Assembly (NCBI GenBank): GCA_964356795.1
Contig: CAYHIK010000003.1
Location: forward strand, 19,004-83,003
From: an uncultured Candidatus Saccharibacteria bacterium
GTDB taxonomy: Bacteria > Patescibacteriota > Minisyncoccia > 2-02-FULL-40-12 > GWA2-44-9
DNA: 64,000 bases
Direction: 5' to 3'
Numbering within the stretch: the stretch's first letter is position 1; every line of letters begins with the position of its first letter. Under the pieces are notes generated by a model, which was not told where the DNA came from, made no database searches, and saw only the letters and a program-made list of their open reading frames with translations. The translations under genes were made by a program, and so were the position numbers. Shown one piece after another: positions 28,477 through 36,797 of this stretch.

Positions 28477-28910
28477 GGTTCACCTCATACCTATAATACA
28501 ACAAATTAATGATATAGACAAGCGCTCGAACAGGGGAGTGGGGTAAGTAACGAAATACGCGTAACGTGAAAAATTGGCATACGAAGTCTGTGGGACAGTT
28601 TCGAGTGATGCTACAAACGTTTCGCTGTGTCGCATATCTGTGTGGCGATTCATACCAGATGCGTGCTCATTGATGGAACTTTTTAAATCAAAAAAATCGA
28701 ATCAAGAGCTACGCATGAATGAAGAGAGAATTGTGAGTCATCCCTCCATGGATGGAAGGAGGGGGTTAGGTCTGACGGTGATAAGAATGGGATTATTCCA
28801 ATTTTGGCCTAACTCCAAAAGCCCATTTTTTAAGGTATTAATAGGGGATTTACTTAGTTATCATGTCTCATAATCTACATTGTACGACGTAATGTAGATG
28901 AGCGATAAGG

Positions 28911-28943
28911 CCTCCCCCGTAAAGAAAAAGACACACGGCCTTC
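28911..28943 (-). terminator. Rho-independent terminator for the 28960-29367 gene
   Basis: Hairpin AAGACACACGG-CCTT-CCGTGTGTCTT with TTTCTTT following on the minus strand. Confidence 0.7.
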
Positions 28944-28959
28944 CGTGTGTCTTTGCGTG

Positions 28960-29367
28960 CTAGTGAATGCGCGCCACTGCGCTCTTCTTCTTAATCATCC
29001 GCCCCCTGTCGTAGAACCGGACGGTTACCCAAACTTCGCCAGCGCCACTAAACATCATTGACCTGGACACCGAGTATCGATCGCGTTGCTCGGGGGCTGG
29101 TGTCGCCGCCGCTTCGTTCACGCAATTCCCCTGCTCACGCTCAATGAGTTCAAACGCTGTCGCGTGCTTCCACTCCCACTCGACATCCGCGCACCAGAGT
29201 TCGTCGCTCATATTCTTGATGAGGAGCATTGCGGTGAGCCTTCTGCCATACGCAGAGGCTGGGGAATTTCTTGGGGTGACAATGAGCTTGATGCTGGAGT
29301 TCGGATCTTCTTGCTGATTCGGAACCCCACCGAATGCAAGCAGTGCTACAAGTGCGAATGCGAGCAT
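28960..29367 (-). CDS. Hypothetical secreted/lipo-protein-like small protein (135 aa)
   Basis: Start refined to the ATG at 29367 (MLAFALVALLAFGG...), a signal-peptide-like N-terminus. Contains Cys. Confidence 0.45.
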   Translation of the reverse strand: MLAFALVALLAFGGVPNQQEDPNSSIKLIVTPRNSPASAYGRRLTAMLLIKNMSDELWCADVEWEWKHATAFELIEREQGNCVNEAAATPAPEQRDRYSVSRSMMFSGAGEVWVTVRFYDRGRMIKKKSAVARIH

Positions 29368-29449
29368 GGCATCCCTCCTTCGGTTGCGGATTACGGTACC
29401 CCCGCTACGCCCAAGTGTCAATATATACCCTCTCAATGTGCGTGCTACA

Positions 29450-30157
29450 ATGCCGAGCATTATGTCGCGTATTGTTTTTGATATCGAAACAGTTGGCGTG
29501 GAGTTTGCCTCGCTCGATGAGCAGGCACAGGAATATCTCCTGAAAGCTGCGCGGACTCCTGAAGAGCGGGAGCTCGTACCCGAACAGTTAAGCTTCTCCC
29601 CACTTACAGGAAGTATCGTTGCTATCGCAATGGCAAATCCAGACACCGGAAACGGCGCGGTGTATTATCAGTCTCCGGATACACGTCAGAAGGATTTCAC
29701 CGAAGATGGCGTTACCTATGTTGCGGGCACCGAAGCTGAGATATTGAAACAGTTCTGGAGTACGATTTCATTCTATGATCAATTCGTGACGTTCAACGGC
29801 CGAGCATTCGACTGTCCGTATCTCATGGTGCGCTCGGCTATTCATAAGATAAAACCGTCAAAGAATCTTGTTCCCTATCGATATGGCGACGAGCACATCG
29901 ATCTCTATGACCGGCTCGGATTTTTCGGCGCTGTGCGGAGGACGATGAGCTTGCATATGTGGTGTCAGGCGTTTGGGATACGCTCAAGTAAATCCGGCGG
30001 CATCACGGGTCACGAAGTTCCTGAGTATTTCCGCGCACAGCGATACCAAGAAATTGCGCGGTATTGCTATGATGACATACGAGCAACCGCTGAGCTATTT
30101 GAGTATTGGAATACGTATATTAATATCCCCGACCATGGAGTACGATTCCGTCGATGA
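29450..30157 (+). CDS. Predicted 3'-5' exonuclease of the PolB-exonuclease-like family (COG3298/YprB-MrfB-like, DEDDy)
   Basis: Exo I IVFDIETVG (DxE), Exo II FNGRAFDCPYL (NGxxFD) and Exo III YCYDDIRAT (YxxxD). The start was refined to the ATG at 29450. Confidence 0.7.
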   Translation: MPSIMSRIVFDIETVGVEFASLDEQAQEYLLKAARTPEERELVPEQLSFSPLTGSIVAIAMANPDTGNGAVYYQSPDTRQKDFTEDGVTYVAGTEAEILKQFWSTISFYDQFVTFNGRAFDCPYLMVRSAIHKIKPSKNLVPYRYGDEHIDLYDRLGFFGAVRRTMSLHMWCQAFGIRSSKSGGITGHEVPEYFRAQRYQEIARYCYDDIRATAELFEYWNTYINIPDHGVRFRR

Positions 30158-30878
30158 ATTTCGCCAGCGCGCCGGGTATGACATAGATGGGACTTGGTAT
30201 CCACGCGTGACCTCGATTGTGTCTATCAAGACAAAGCCGGCCCTCCTACGCTACTACGGTGGGATGCGGAGCTTTAAGGCGGCAGATGACGCAAAGGAAG
30301 CGAGCGCACGTGAAGGAACGATGGTCCACGAGGCGGTTGAAGCTATTATGCGTGGGAATCACGAATACAAGCCTGATCCCCTCATACAGCCGTCTGTAGA
30401 CGCCTTTTCTGAATTCTTGAGGAATACCGATGTTGAACCACTCCTCGTTGAAGATCGTGTCGTGAGTCGCGAGCACGGATTTGCGGGGACCGTTGATATG
30501 GTTGCACGCGTTGATGGGCGGGTGGGCATATTAGATATCAAGACAGGTAAGCGTATCTATCGCGATTACGGCATGCAGACGTCGGCGTACGTTCACGCTG
30601 TGTCAGAGATGGGAGTTGTGCCTACCCCGACTACGAGTTGGGTGCTTCGGCTCGATCAGGCACGAACCTGTGAGTTGTGTGGGGTTACGCTTCGCACAAA
30701 GGGCGGTACGTTCCGAGTGAGTGCGGGTGGGAAGGGCTGTACGCATCGTTGGGGCCTCATGACGGGGCAGTTCGAGCTCCAAGAGCTATTCGAGACTCAA
30801 AAAAACTTTACCGCCTTCCTCGCGTCAAAAACTCTTTGGGAGTGGGAGTATGAGGAGTATCTCAAGATATTGAAATAA
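30135..30878 (+). CDS. PD-(D/E)XK superfamily nuclease (Cas4/RecB-nuclease-like fold, QxxxY motif)
   Basis: GTVDMVARVDGRVGILDIKTGK (D...D-x-K core) and QTSAY (QxxxY), plus a C-terminal CxxC...CxH cluster. The start ATG at 30135 overlaps the exonuclease gene by 23 nt in another frame. Confidence 0.6.
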   Translation: MEYDSVDEFRQRAGYDIDGTWYPRVTSIVSIKTKPALLRYYGGMRSFKAADDAKEASAREGTMVHEAVEAIMRGNHEYKPDPLIQPSVDAFSEFLRNTDVEPLLVEDRVVSREHGFAGTVDMVARVDGRVGILDIKTGKRIYRDYGMQTSAYVHAVSEMGVVPTPTTSWVLRLDQARTCELCGVTLRTKGGTFRVSAGGKGCTHRWGLMTGQFELQELFETQKNFTAFLASKTLWEWEYEEYLKILK

Positions 30879-30909
30879 AAAGCAACGACACTTTGTCGTT
30901 GCTGGGAAG

Positions 30910-31359
30910 CTACTCATCATTGGATGGGAGCTCGCCTTCAGAAAGGACCTTGACTCTAAGGGTTTGAATGATGTCAGCTGCAAGATGCAGCACGCGTCGC
31001 TCGACGTCGCTGACAACATGGTGCGTAGTCTCGCGAATGAGCTTTGCCAGGGGGACGCTCTTGTTCGCAAAATATTCACACACCGCAGCGTCTTTGGAAT
31101 CTTCAATCTCTTTGTCGGCTTCTCGTCGAGTCAGAAGATTCGCGCCTAATCGCTCGAAGTGCAAACACCGATTATCGCAAAATCCTTCGGGACGCAATCG
31201 GTACTGACCCTCGGGAGATCCGTAGGGACAGCGTACTTTTGCATCAATCCAGCACGCATCTTTCTGCTGTCGATGTTCGTCTTCGTTAAGAACCACGAGC
31301 CCCGCCGCATCGGCAAGGTGGATGATTTGGTCTCGAAGAGCTTGCGCGTCCATTGTCAA
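30910..31359 (-). CDS. Hypothetical Cys-rich protein (149 aa; CW-x-D...RCPYG...GFCDNRC)
   Basis: ORF with a spaced Cys/His cluster suggesting metal binding. No family recognised. Confidence 0.45.
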   Translation of the reverse strand: MTMDAQALRDQIIHLADAAGLVVLNEDEHRQQKDACWIDAKVRCPYGSPEGQYRLRPEGFCDNRCLHFERLGANLLTRREADKEIEDSKDAAVCEYFANKSVPLAKLIRETTHHVVSDVERRVLHLAADIIQTLRVKVLSEGELPSNDE

Positions 31360-31376
31360 CCTCCGAAGCTACAGTA

Positions 31377-31775
31377 TCATTCGGTGCAATTGCCGGCAAG
31401 CGAGTAACCGGCTGACTGGGCATCTTCAGGCGAGGGAAACCAAACGCGGTTCGATTCTTTGATGGTGGAGGCCCCCGAGCACCATGTGAAGTGGTATTTC
31501 TTTGATGATGATAGCTTTGAGGCAACAACGCGTCGGTCTGAGTGGTCCACATTTGACTGGCGACTCCCCTGCTTTACACTGGGCTCTGGAGTTTTGGACT
31601 GTTCCACGGGTATGCGAAACAGTGCCTGTTCTTGGGCTGGAATGGCGCCGTACCGTGTCGCAATGACGCCTAGATTAAAGGCTGACCAGGAGCACCCGAG
31701 AAGAATGAGGAGTCTCCAGATGTCCTCTCTGTGGGATTTGACGATGTCTCGTATCTTTGCTATTATGGTGCTCAC
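31377..31775 (-). CDS. Membrane-anchored protein with a C-terminal Ada-type Zn-binding-like domain
   Basis: N-terminal TM helix. The C-terminal YHFTWCSGASTIKESNRVWFPSPEDAQSAGYSLAGNC resembles the Ada N-terminal metal-binding domain (YH-x-C...ENRV-FF...A-AGY-PC). Confidence 0.5.
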   Translation of the reverse strand: MSTIIAKIRDIVKSHREDIWRLLILLGCSWSAFNLGVIATRYGAIPAQEQALFRIPVEQSKTPEPSVKQGSRQSNVDHSDRRVVASKLSSSKKYHFTWCSGASTIKESNRVWFPSPEDAQSAGYSLAGNCTE

Positions 31776-31784
31776 GTGTTGAGT

Positions 31785-31813
31785 TTGACATCCCGAACCT
31801 CCACGTTTTATCA
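31785..31813 (+). promoter_or_regulatory. Putative promoter for rpmA (TTGACA-17-TTATCA)
   Basis: Perfect -35 TTGACA at 31785-31790. The -10 is weaker. Confidence 0.35.
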
Positions 31814-31836
31814 GATATCACTAATTTAAGCCACCC

Positions 31837-32109
31837 ATGGCACATACAAAAGCGATAGGATCTACGCAGCTGGGTCGCGATAGTCAGCCGCAATATCGTG
31901 GCATAAAGCTTCATGATGGAGAAAAAGCAAAAATCGGTAGCATTATTGTCCGACAAATGGGCAGCTCTGTTTTCGCGGGCGCGGGTGTAAAGACCGGTTC
32001 TGACTACACGCTCTACTCGATGAAGGTGGGTACGGTGCGATTTAGCACAAAACGTCGCAAGTCCTATGACGGCTCATACCGAGTTGCAAAAGTAGTCTCC
32101 GTTGAGTAG
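31837..32109 (+). CDS. rpmA: 50S ribosomal protein L27 (bL27), with no N-terminal propeptide
   Basis: MAHTKAIGSTQLGRDS... and IIVRQMGSSVFAG match L27. It starts directly at MAH. Confidence 0.85.
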   Translation: MAHTKAIGSTQLGRDSQPQYRGIKLHDGEKAKIGSIIVRQMGSSVFAGAGVKTGSDYTLYSMKVGTVRFSTKRRKSYDGSYRVAKVVSVE

Positions 32110-32117
32110 CTCTTACT

Positions 32118-32152
32118 CACCACAATAAACCCCCCGTCGCGGGGGTTCATTG
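32118..32152. terminator. Bidirectional terminator between rpmA and rplI
   Basis: Long palindrome CCACAATAAACCCCCG-TCG-CGGGGGTTCATTGTGG. Confidence 0.7.
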
Positions 32153-32155
32153 TGG

Positions 32156-32602
32156 TTATTCGGCGGTGATGTGGAGCGTGAATGATGGCTTGATTGACTC
32201 AGAAAGATGGACGACGATTCTGAAGTCGCCAATGCTTTTTATCGGAGATGGGATATGAATCATGCTTGCATCAATCTGGCTGCCGACGGCCTTGTGTAAA
32301 GCGTCTGCGATATGATGCTCGGAGAAGCCAGAGAATAGAGTTCCCTTCTCATTTGCACGTCCTCGTAATGTAAGAGCCACCCCCTCCACACGACCCGCAA
32401 GCTCTCGTATTCGGGATTCCTCAGCTTGCGCCTGAGATGCTCTCTGTTCGCCTCGGAGAGCAGCTTCACGAATTATTCCACCATCGGCGGGCTTCCCCTT
32501 TCGACGCGGAAAGAGAAAATTGCGAGCATAGCCATCGCTCACCTCTTTGATATCTCCCACCCTTCCAATACCTTTTACATTGTCGAGTAAGAGGACCTTC
32601 AT
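32156..32602 (-). CDS. rplI: 50S ribosomal protein L9
   Basis: [32 protein letters not shown] is the canonical L9 N-terminus. The start was refined to the ATG at 32602. Confidence 0.85.
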   Translation of the reverse strand: MKVLLLDNVKGIGRVGDIKEVSDGYARNFLFPRRKGKPADGGIIREAALRGEQRASQAQAEESRIRELAGRVEGVALTLRGRANEKGTLFSGFSEHHIADALHKAVGSQIDASMIHIPSPIKSIGDFRIVVHLSESIKPSFTLHITAE

Positions 32603-32609
32603 GGGATCA

Positions 32610-33845
32610 TTAGCGATTTTGCATAACCTCAACGGCGCGATCAAGCTGCGGGTCTTTTCCGGGCACCCCAAGCTCCCATCCATTCTTCTCATAATCCTCT
32701 ACTGTCATAAGAACCTCAATCGTTGGCGCAATGCCAGTCTCGGAGATGCTGACGCCATTTGGTGTGAGCCATTTTGCAACGGTGACTTTGAGTGACGAGC
32801 CGTTATAGAAGGACTCTAGTTGTTGAACCGAGCCCTTCCCAAATGATTTTTCGCCAATGAGCTCTATACCCCGGATATCATGAAGTGCTCCTGCAAGAAT
32901 TTCTGCAGCAGATGCGGATCCGCCGTTCATGAGAACGGTTATGGGCGTTGAGGCGAGGCGAGCGTTGCCCGTTGTGCGTAATTGATCGATATGGCCATCG
33001 CTGAACTGTTCTTGCACGACGAGGCTGTCGGATGGGAGCATCCAGCCGGCGAGGTAGATGGCGGAGTCGAGGAGGCCTCCTGGGTTATTGCGGACATCCA
33101 AAATGATACCTCGCGCTCCAGCGGTTTGTATTTCTTTTACTGCGAGCGCGAACTCAGCGTCGAGGTTCCCATTGAACGAGTATACCTGAAGGTGTGCAAT
33201 TGCATTGGGAAGCATAACCCAGTCGACAGCAGGAACGCGAATCGTGTCTCGTACAATTGAAAAATTGACAAGCTGCTCCGCACCTTTTCGAGCAATTGAG
33301 AGCCGCACAGTCGTCCCCTTCTTTCCGCGAATCAGAGAAACCGCCTCATCGACGTCCATGCCTTCGGTTGACGTGTCATCAATCGTAATGATAATGTCAC
33401 CCGCTCGGATGCCCGCAGCGATTGCGGGTGAGTTTTTGATGGGAGAAATAACGGTGATGGCCGAGCCTCGCATACCGATTTCCATCCCAACTCCTGAAAA
33501 CGCGCCACTCACCTCTTCCTGAAACTTCTTGCTCGTAGTTGGTTCAAAGAATGTTGTGTATGGGTCCCCTGCAGCTTGTACCATCCCTGAGATTGCACCA
33601 TAGACGAGTTTTTGTGAGTCGAGTTTTTGCTGATCAACGAATGACTCGTGAAGCTTGTCCCAGACCTGCCAAAATAAACCAAAATCAATTGCAGAATCTT
33701 TGCCCAAGTCTTTATTAATAATCTCCCGAATGATCGAGTCTGCGGCTACTGCGTTCTGGTGTTTGATGTATTGCGTTCCGCCGAAAAAACCAGCGAGAAG
33801 TGCGACAGCTATTGCGGAGATAAGAATAATTCGTTGACGTTGCAT
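32610..33845 (-). CDS. ctpA: Carboxyl-terminal processing protease (S41 family, PDZ-containing)
   Basis: N-terminal TM helix, PDZ motif [13 protein letters not shown], and the S41 catalytic region [15 protein letters not shown]. Confidence 0.85.
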   Translation of the reverse strand: MQRQRIILISAIAVALLAGFFGGTQYIKHQNAVAADSIIREIINKDLGKDSAIDFGLFWQVWDKLHESFVDQQKLDSQKLVYGAISGMVQAAGDPYTTFFEPTTSKKFQEEVSGAFSGVGMEIGMRGSAITVISPIKNSPAIAAGIRAGDIIITIDDTSTEGMDVDEAVSLIRGKKGTTVRLSIARKGAEQLVNFSIVRDTIRVPAVDWVMLPNAIAHLQVYSFNGNLDAEFALAVKEIQTAGARGIILDVRNNPGGLLDSAIYLAGWMLPSDSLVVQEQFSDGHIDQLRTTGNARLASTPITVLMNGGSASAAEILAGALHDIRGIELIGEKSFGKGSVQQLESFYNGSSLKVTVAKWLTPNGVSISETGIAPTIEVLMTVEDYEKNGWELGVPGKDPQLDRAVEVMQNR

Positions 33846-33853
33846 GAAGTGAA

Positions 33854-34702
33854 TTAATTGGTTAGTGCTGGTTGGTGATAGCGCGAGAGTGTTTCGGGGC
33901 GTATTCCAGAAATTCCATTCTTCTTAAAATAGTTCCATGCGTCCTTGATATGCCAGCGGGTTTCCTTTCGGAAGAATATATCCAACAGTCCAAATCTGCC
34001 CTTTGATTGCCGTTGATGATAGTGGTACATCCGCGCAGTCGGCACGTAGTGAACTGCTTGTCCATTTTCCCAAAAGCGGCGCGCCCAGTCAACTTCACTG
34101 AGATAGAGAAAAAGCGTCTCGTCTAGGTGTCCGACATGTTCAAGCGCTGCGCGAGATACCATGAGCGACGAACCCATCATCCAGTCCACGGGAAGTGGCG
34201 CGGTGAGGTCGGAGTCGTGCATCACAAAATGATTGCGGATAGATTGAGTGAACGGTATGGAGATGCGCCGGAGCGCCATAACAAGTGGAGTATAAAAGCG
34301 AAAACAGGAGTCCTGTCGAGTTGTATCAAAATTCAAGAGCATGGGCCCCACAAGGCCAACGTCTGGATGCTCTCGCAGGTATTTTATGAGTGTTTCAATC
34401 GACCCTGGGAGGGCAACAATGTCGGGATTGAGAATTAAGACATGTTCCCCTATTGCCCGCCTGAGCCCCTCGTTGACCCCGCGCGTATACCCAGTGTTTT
34501 CTCGAAAAGGAATGAGATGGCAATGGTCAAATAAGTCCCCGCAGTCGTGGGTAACGACATTTCGCGTTTCGATAGAGCTCGCAGAATCTACAACAATGAC
34601 TTCGTAGTCGAGGCGTGCTCCCAACGCGCGATGAAGCGAGGTGAGCGAGAGTCGCAGAAGCGCGGCATTTTTAAAATTAACAATGATAACGGAAAGGGTC
34701 AT
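33854..34702 (-). CDS. Family 2 glycosyltransferase
   Basis: N-terminal SVIIVNFKN...YEVIVVDSAS (GT-A fold, D-x-D region). Confidence 0.75.
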   Translation of the reverse strand: MTLSVIIVNFKNAALLRLSLTSLHRALGARLDYEVIVVDSASSIETRNVVTHDCGDLFDHCHLIPFRENTGYTRGVNEGLRRAIGEHVLILNPDIVALPGSIETLIKYLREHPDVGLVGPMLLNFDTTRQDSCFRFYTPLVMALRRISIPFTQSIRNHFVMHDSDLTAPLPVDWMMGSSLMVSRAALEHVGHLDETLFLYLSEVDWARRFWENGQAVHYVPTARMYHYHQRQSKGRFGLLDIFFRKETRWHIKDAWNYFKKNGISGIRPETLSRYHQPALTN

Positions 34703-35766
34703 GGAGTATTCGAGAGCGTCGGAGATGGTGTGGGCGTCCAGATTCGTGGCCTCGTATTCAAAATTGAAGCGATATAGTCCTTGATGTGTGCGAGGGTGTC
34801 ACCAAGGGGAAGAAGCTCATAGATGCCATTAATCTTTGCTTCATAGAGTAGATTTTCCGTTGTAAGGTGGTAGCGTTTGAGTTGTGATAATTTATCTTGC
34901 TGAAGTAAGAGGTCGCGCATGTTGCCGAGGTCGAATACGTTGAGATCGGTTTCCATATGCTTACGAATAGCGCTGACGAGATTAATTGCTTGTATTGGGT
35001 CCTCGGATAGATTGAGGTCCGCAACTTTATTTTTGATGCCAAGAATAACCTGCATTTGGCGTCGTGAGCGGTCGAAATCGCTACTCCCATAACGACTGCG
35101 CACATAGTAAAGCGCCTGATCGCCATTGAGCGTGTTGGCGCCGGCGGGAAGCGAGAAGGAGTATCCCCACTGCTCCTCTTCAGTAAATGGTTGGTCGAGC
35201 GTGATGGTGACGCCACCAAGTGTGTCGACGACGCTCTTAAATGCTTCAAAATCGATTACAACGATGTTATCAATGGAAACCCCAAGAATTCTACTGAAGA
35301 GCTTCTTGGTTCCAGAGATGCCGTAGTGTGCGTACACGGAGTTTATCTTTCCCGTTTGTTCATCAGTAACCCGTATGGTGAGATCACGCGGAATAGATGT
35401 GAGCGCAGCGGCTCCGGTGCTTGGATAAGATGTGAACAGCATGATGGTGTCGGTGAGGAGGCCCCCGTTGGCGACGTCGTCCTTTCCTCGCATGCCGAGC
35501 ACAAGAATATCGAGTCGTGAATTATCTTTTTGTGGGAGCGTGTACTCGGGATCTTTATCAATCGGAATGATAGTCGGAGGCAATTCGCGCTCAATCGGTG
35601 TTCCTGGGGCGACAAAGTTTACAACGGAAATTGTGGCACTCTTGAACATATGGAAAAAGCGCGCAAAAAAGATCGCAGCCACGATTGCTATAATCGCAAT
35701 ACCTGCTCGGAGTGCATAGAGCTTATAGGGGCGACGTATGGGTTGCTGGGTGTAGTCAGTGTTCAT
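34699..35766 (-). CDS. LytR-CpsA-Psr (LCP) family cell-wall glycopolymer transferase
   Basis: N-terminal TM helix. The LCP core is DTIMLFTS...SIPRDL and YHLTTEN... Confidence 0.75.
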   Translation of the reverse strand: MNTDYTQQPIRRPYKLYALRAGIAIIAIVAAIFFARFFHMFKSATISVVNFVAPGTPIERELPPTIIPIDKDPEYTLPQKDNSRLDILVLGMRGKDDVANGGLLTDTIMLFTSYPSTGAAALTSIPRDLTIRVTDEQTGKINSVYAHYGISGTKKLFSRILGVSIDNIVVIDFEAFKSVVDTLGGVTITLDQPFTEEEQWGYSFSLPAGANTLNGDQALYYVRSRYGSSDFDRSRRQMQVILGIKNKVADLNLSEDPIQAINLVSAIRKHMETDLNVFDLGNMRDLLLQQDKLSQLKRYHLTTENLLYEAKINGIYELLPLGDTLAHIKDYIASILNTRPRIWTPTPSPTLSNTP

Positions 35767-35768
35767 AG

Positions 35769-36797
35769 CTATCGATACCAGGCGTGAATTGTGCGGGGTG
35801 TTGCTACGGCCTTTTTCTGCACTCCCCTTCTGCGTGCCAGCATTCGTGGGAGAAGTCGCGCAAAGCGGAATAACTCAAGCAAGACTGCTGGCTCAAAAAG
35901 AAGTGTGTATATGAGCGTGCTTATCTCTCTTGCGGCTATCCATGGCAAGTCCCTCAGAATGTTTACTATATAATCATTTTTGATAATTGTAAATCGCACA
36001 TTTGACCAATCAAGTCTTCGTTTTTTGATGGGAATAGTTCTTCGAAGTGCAATGCGTTTGAAGTGTTCGGAGAATGATTTCGCGACGCCCTTGGTTGTTG
36101 AGCGGTCGTGCCATGCGATAATCTCGGGACGAAATACTTGGCGCAATCCAAAAACAGAGAGGCGCCATGCGAGGTCGAGGTCGTCCCCATACCAAAAATA
36201 ATCTGGGTCGATAAGCATTCCACCCACGCGAGCCCGCTCAAGTGCGGTTCGACGGAATAGAGGGACCGCGCCTTCAACGCCAAATATATCCTGCGGATGA
36301 CTATATGTATCGTTATCGATTTCGCCATGGCCGATATTGATGACCTGTCGGGCGCGAGAAAGTGTAAATCCGCAGGTGTCCAAGACGCGCGTCTGGAGTG
36401 CGCTATTCCTTTCGCGCTCGTAGTTCGAATATGCGTATTGGTATACTTTCGGCTGAATTGCCGAGATGCTCTCATCGGAAAAGGCGCGCACTGCACGCTC
36501 GATGAAGTGGCAATCCAAAATAACATCAACGGATAGCACCACAATGAAGGGTGCATCTGATTCTCGGAGGAGGAGTTCTTGTGCTGGCCACATGCCGATA
36601 TTTTGTGTCCCTTGGATGATGCGGAATGGCGCATATTCACTCTGAATAATCTTCGCCGTGTCATCGGTCGATGCGTTGTCGTACACCAGCACCTCGACGT
36701 CATTCGTTAATTGCGCCATGACGGCATCAAGGCACGCCCGTATGTAGCGGGAACCATTATGCACTACGAGTTGAACGACAACGTTAGGATTTCGCAT
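35769..36797 (-). CDS. Family 2 glycosyltransferase
   Basis: VVQLVVHNGSRYI...VEVLVYDNASTDDT is a GT2 signature. Confidence 0.75.
   Translation of the reverse strand: MRNPNVVVQLVVHNGSRYIRACLDAVMAQLTNDVEVLVYDNASTDDTAKIIQSEYAPFRIIQGTQNIGMWPAQELLLRESDAPFIVVLSVDVILDCHFIERAVRAFSDESISAIQPKVYQYAYSNYERERNSALQTRVLDTCGFTLSRARQVINIGHGEIDNDTYSHPQDIFGVEGAVPLFRRTALERARVGGMLIDPDYFWYGDDLDLAWRLSVFGLRQVFRPEIIAWHDRSTTKGVAKSFSEHFKRIALRRTIPIKKRRLDWSNVRFTIIKNDYIVNILRDLPWIAAREISTLIYTLLFEPAVLLELFRFARLLPRMLARRRGVQKKAVATPRTIHAWYR

Noticed and set aside
28574-28873. A 99-aa ORF in the AT-rich intergenic region
   Set aside because: Low-complexity composition, no SD, and it lies in an AT-rich hairpin-dense region. More likely non-coding.
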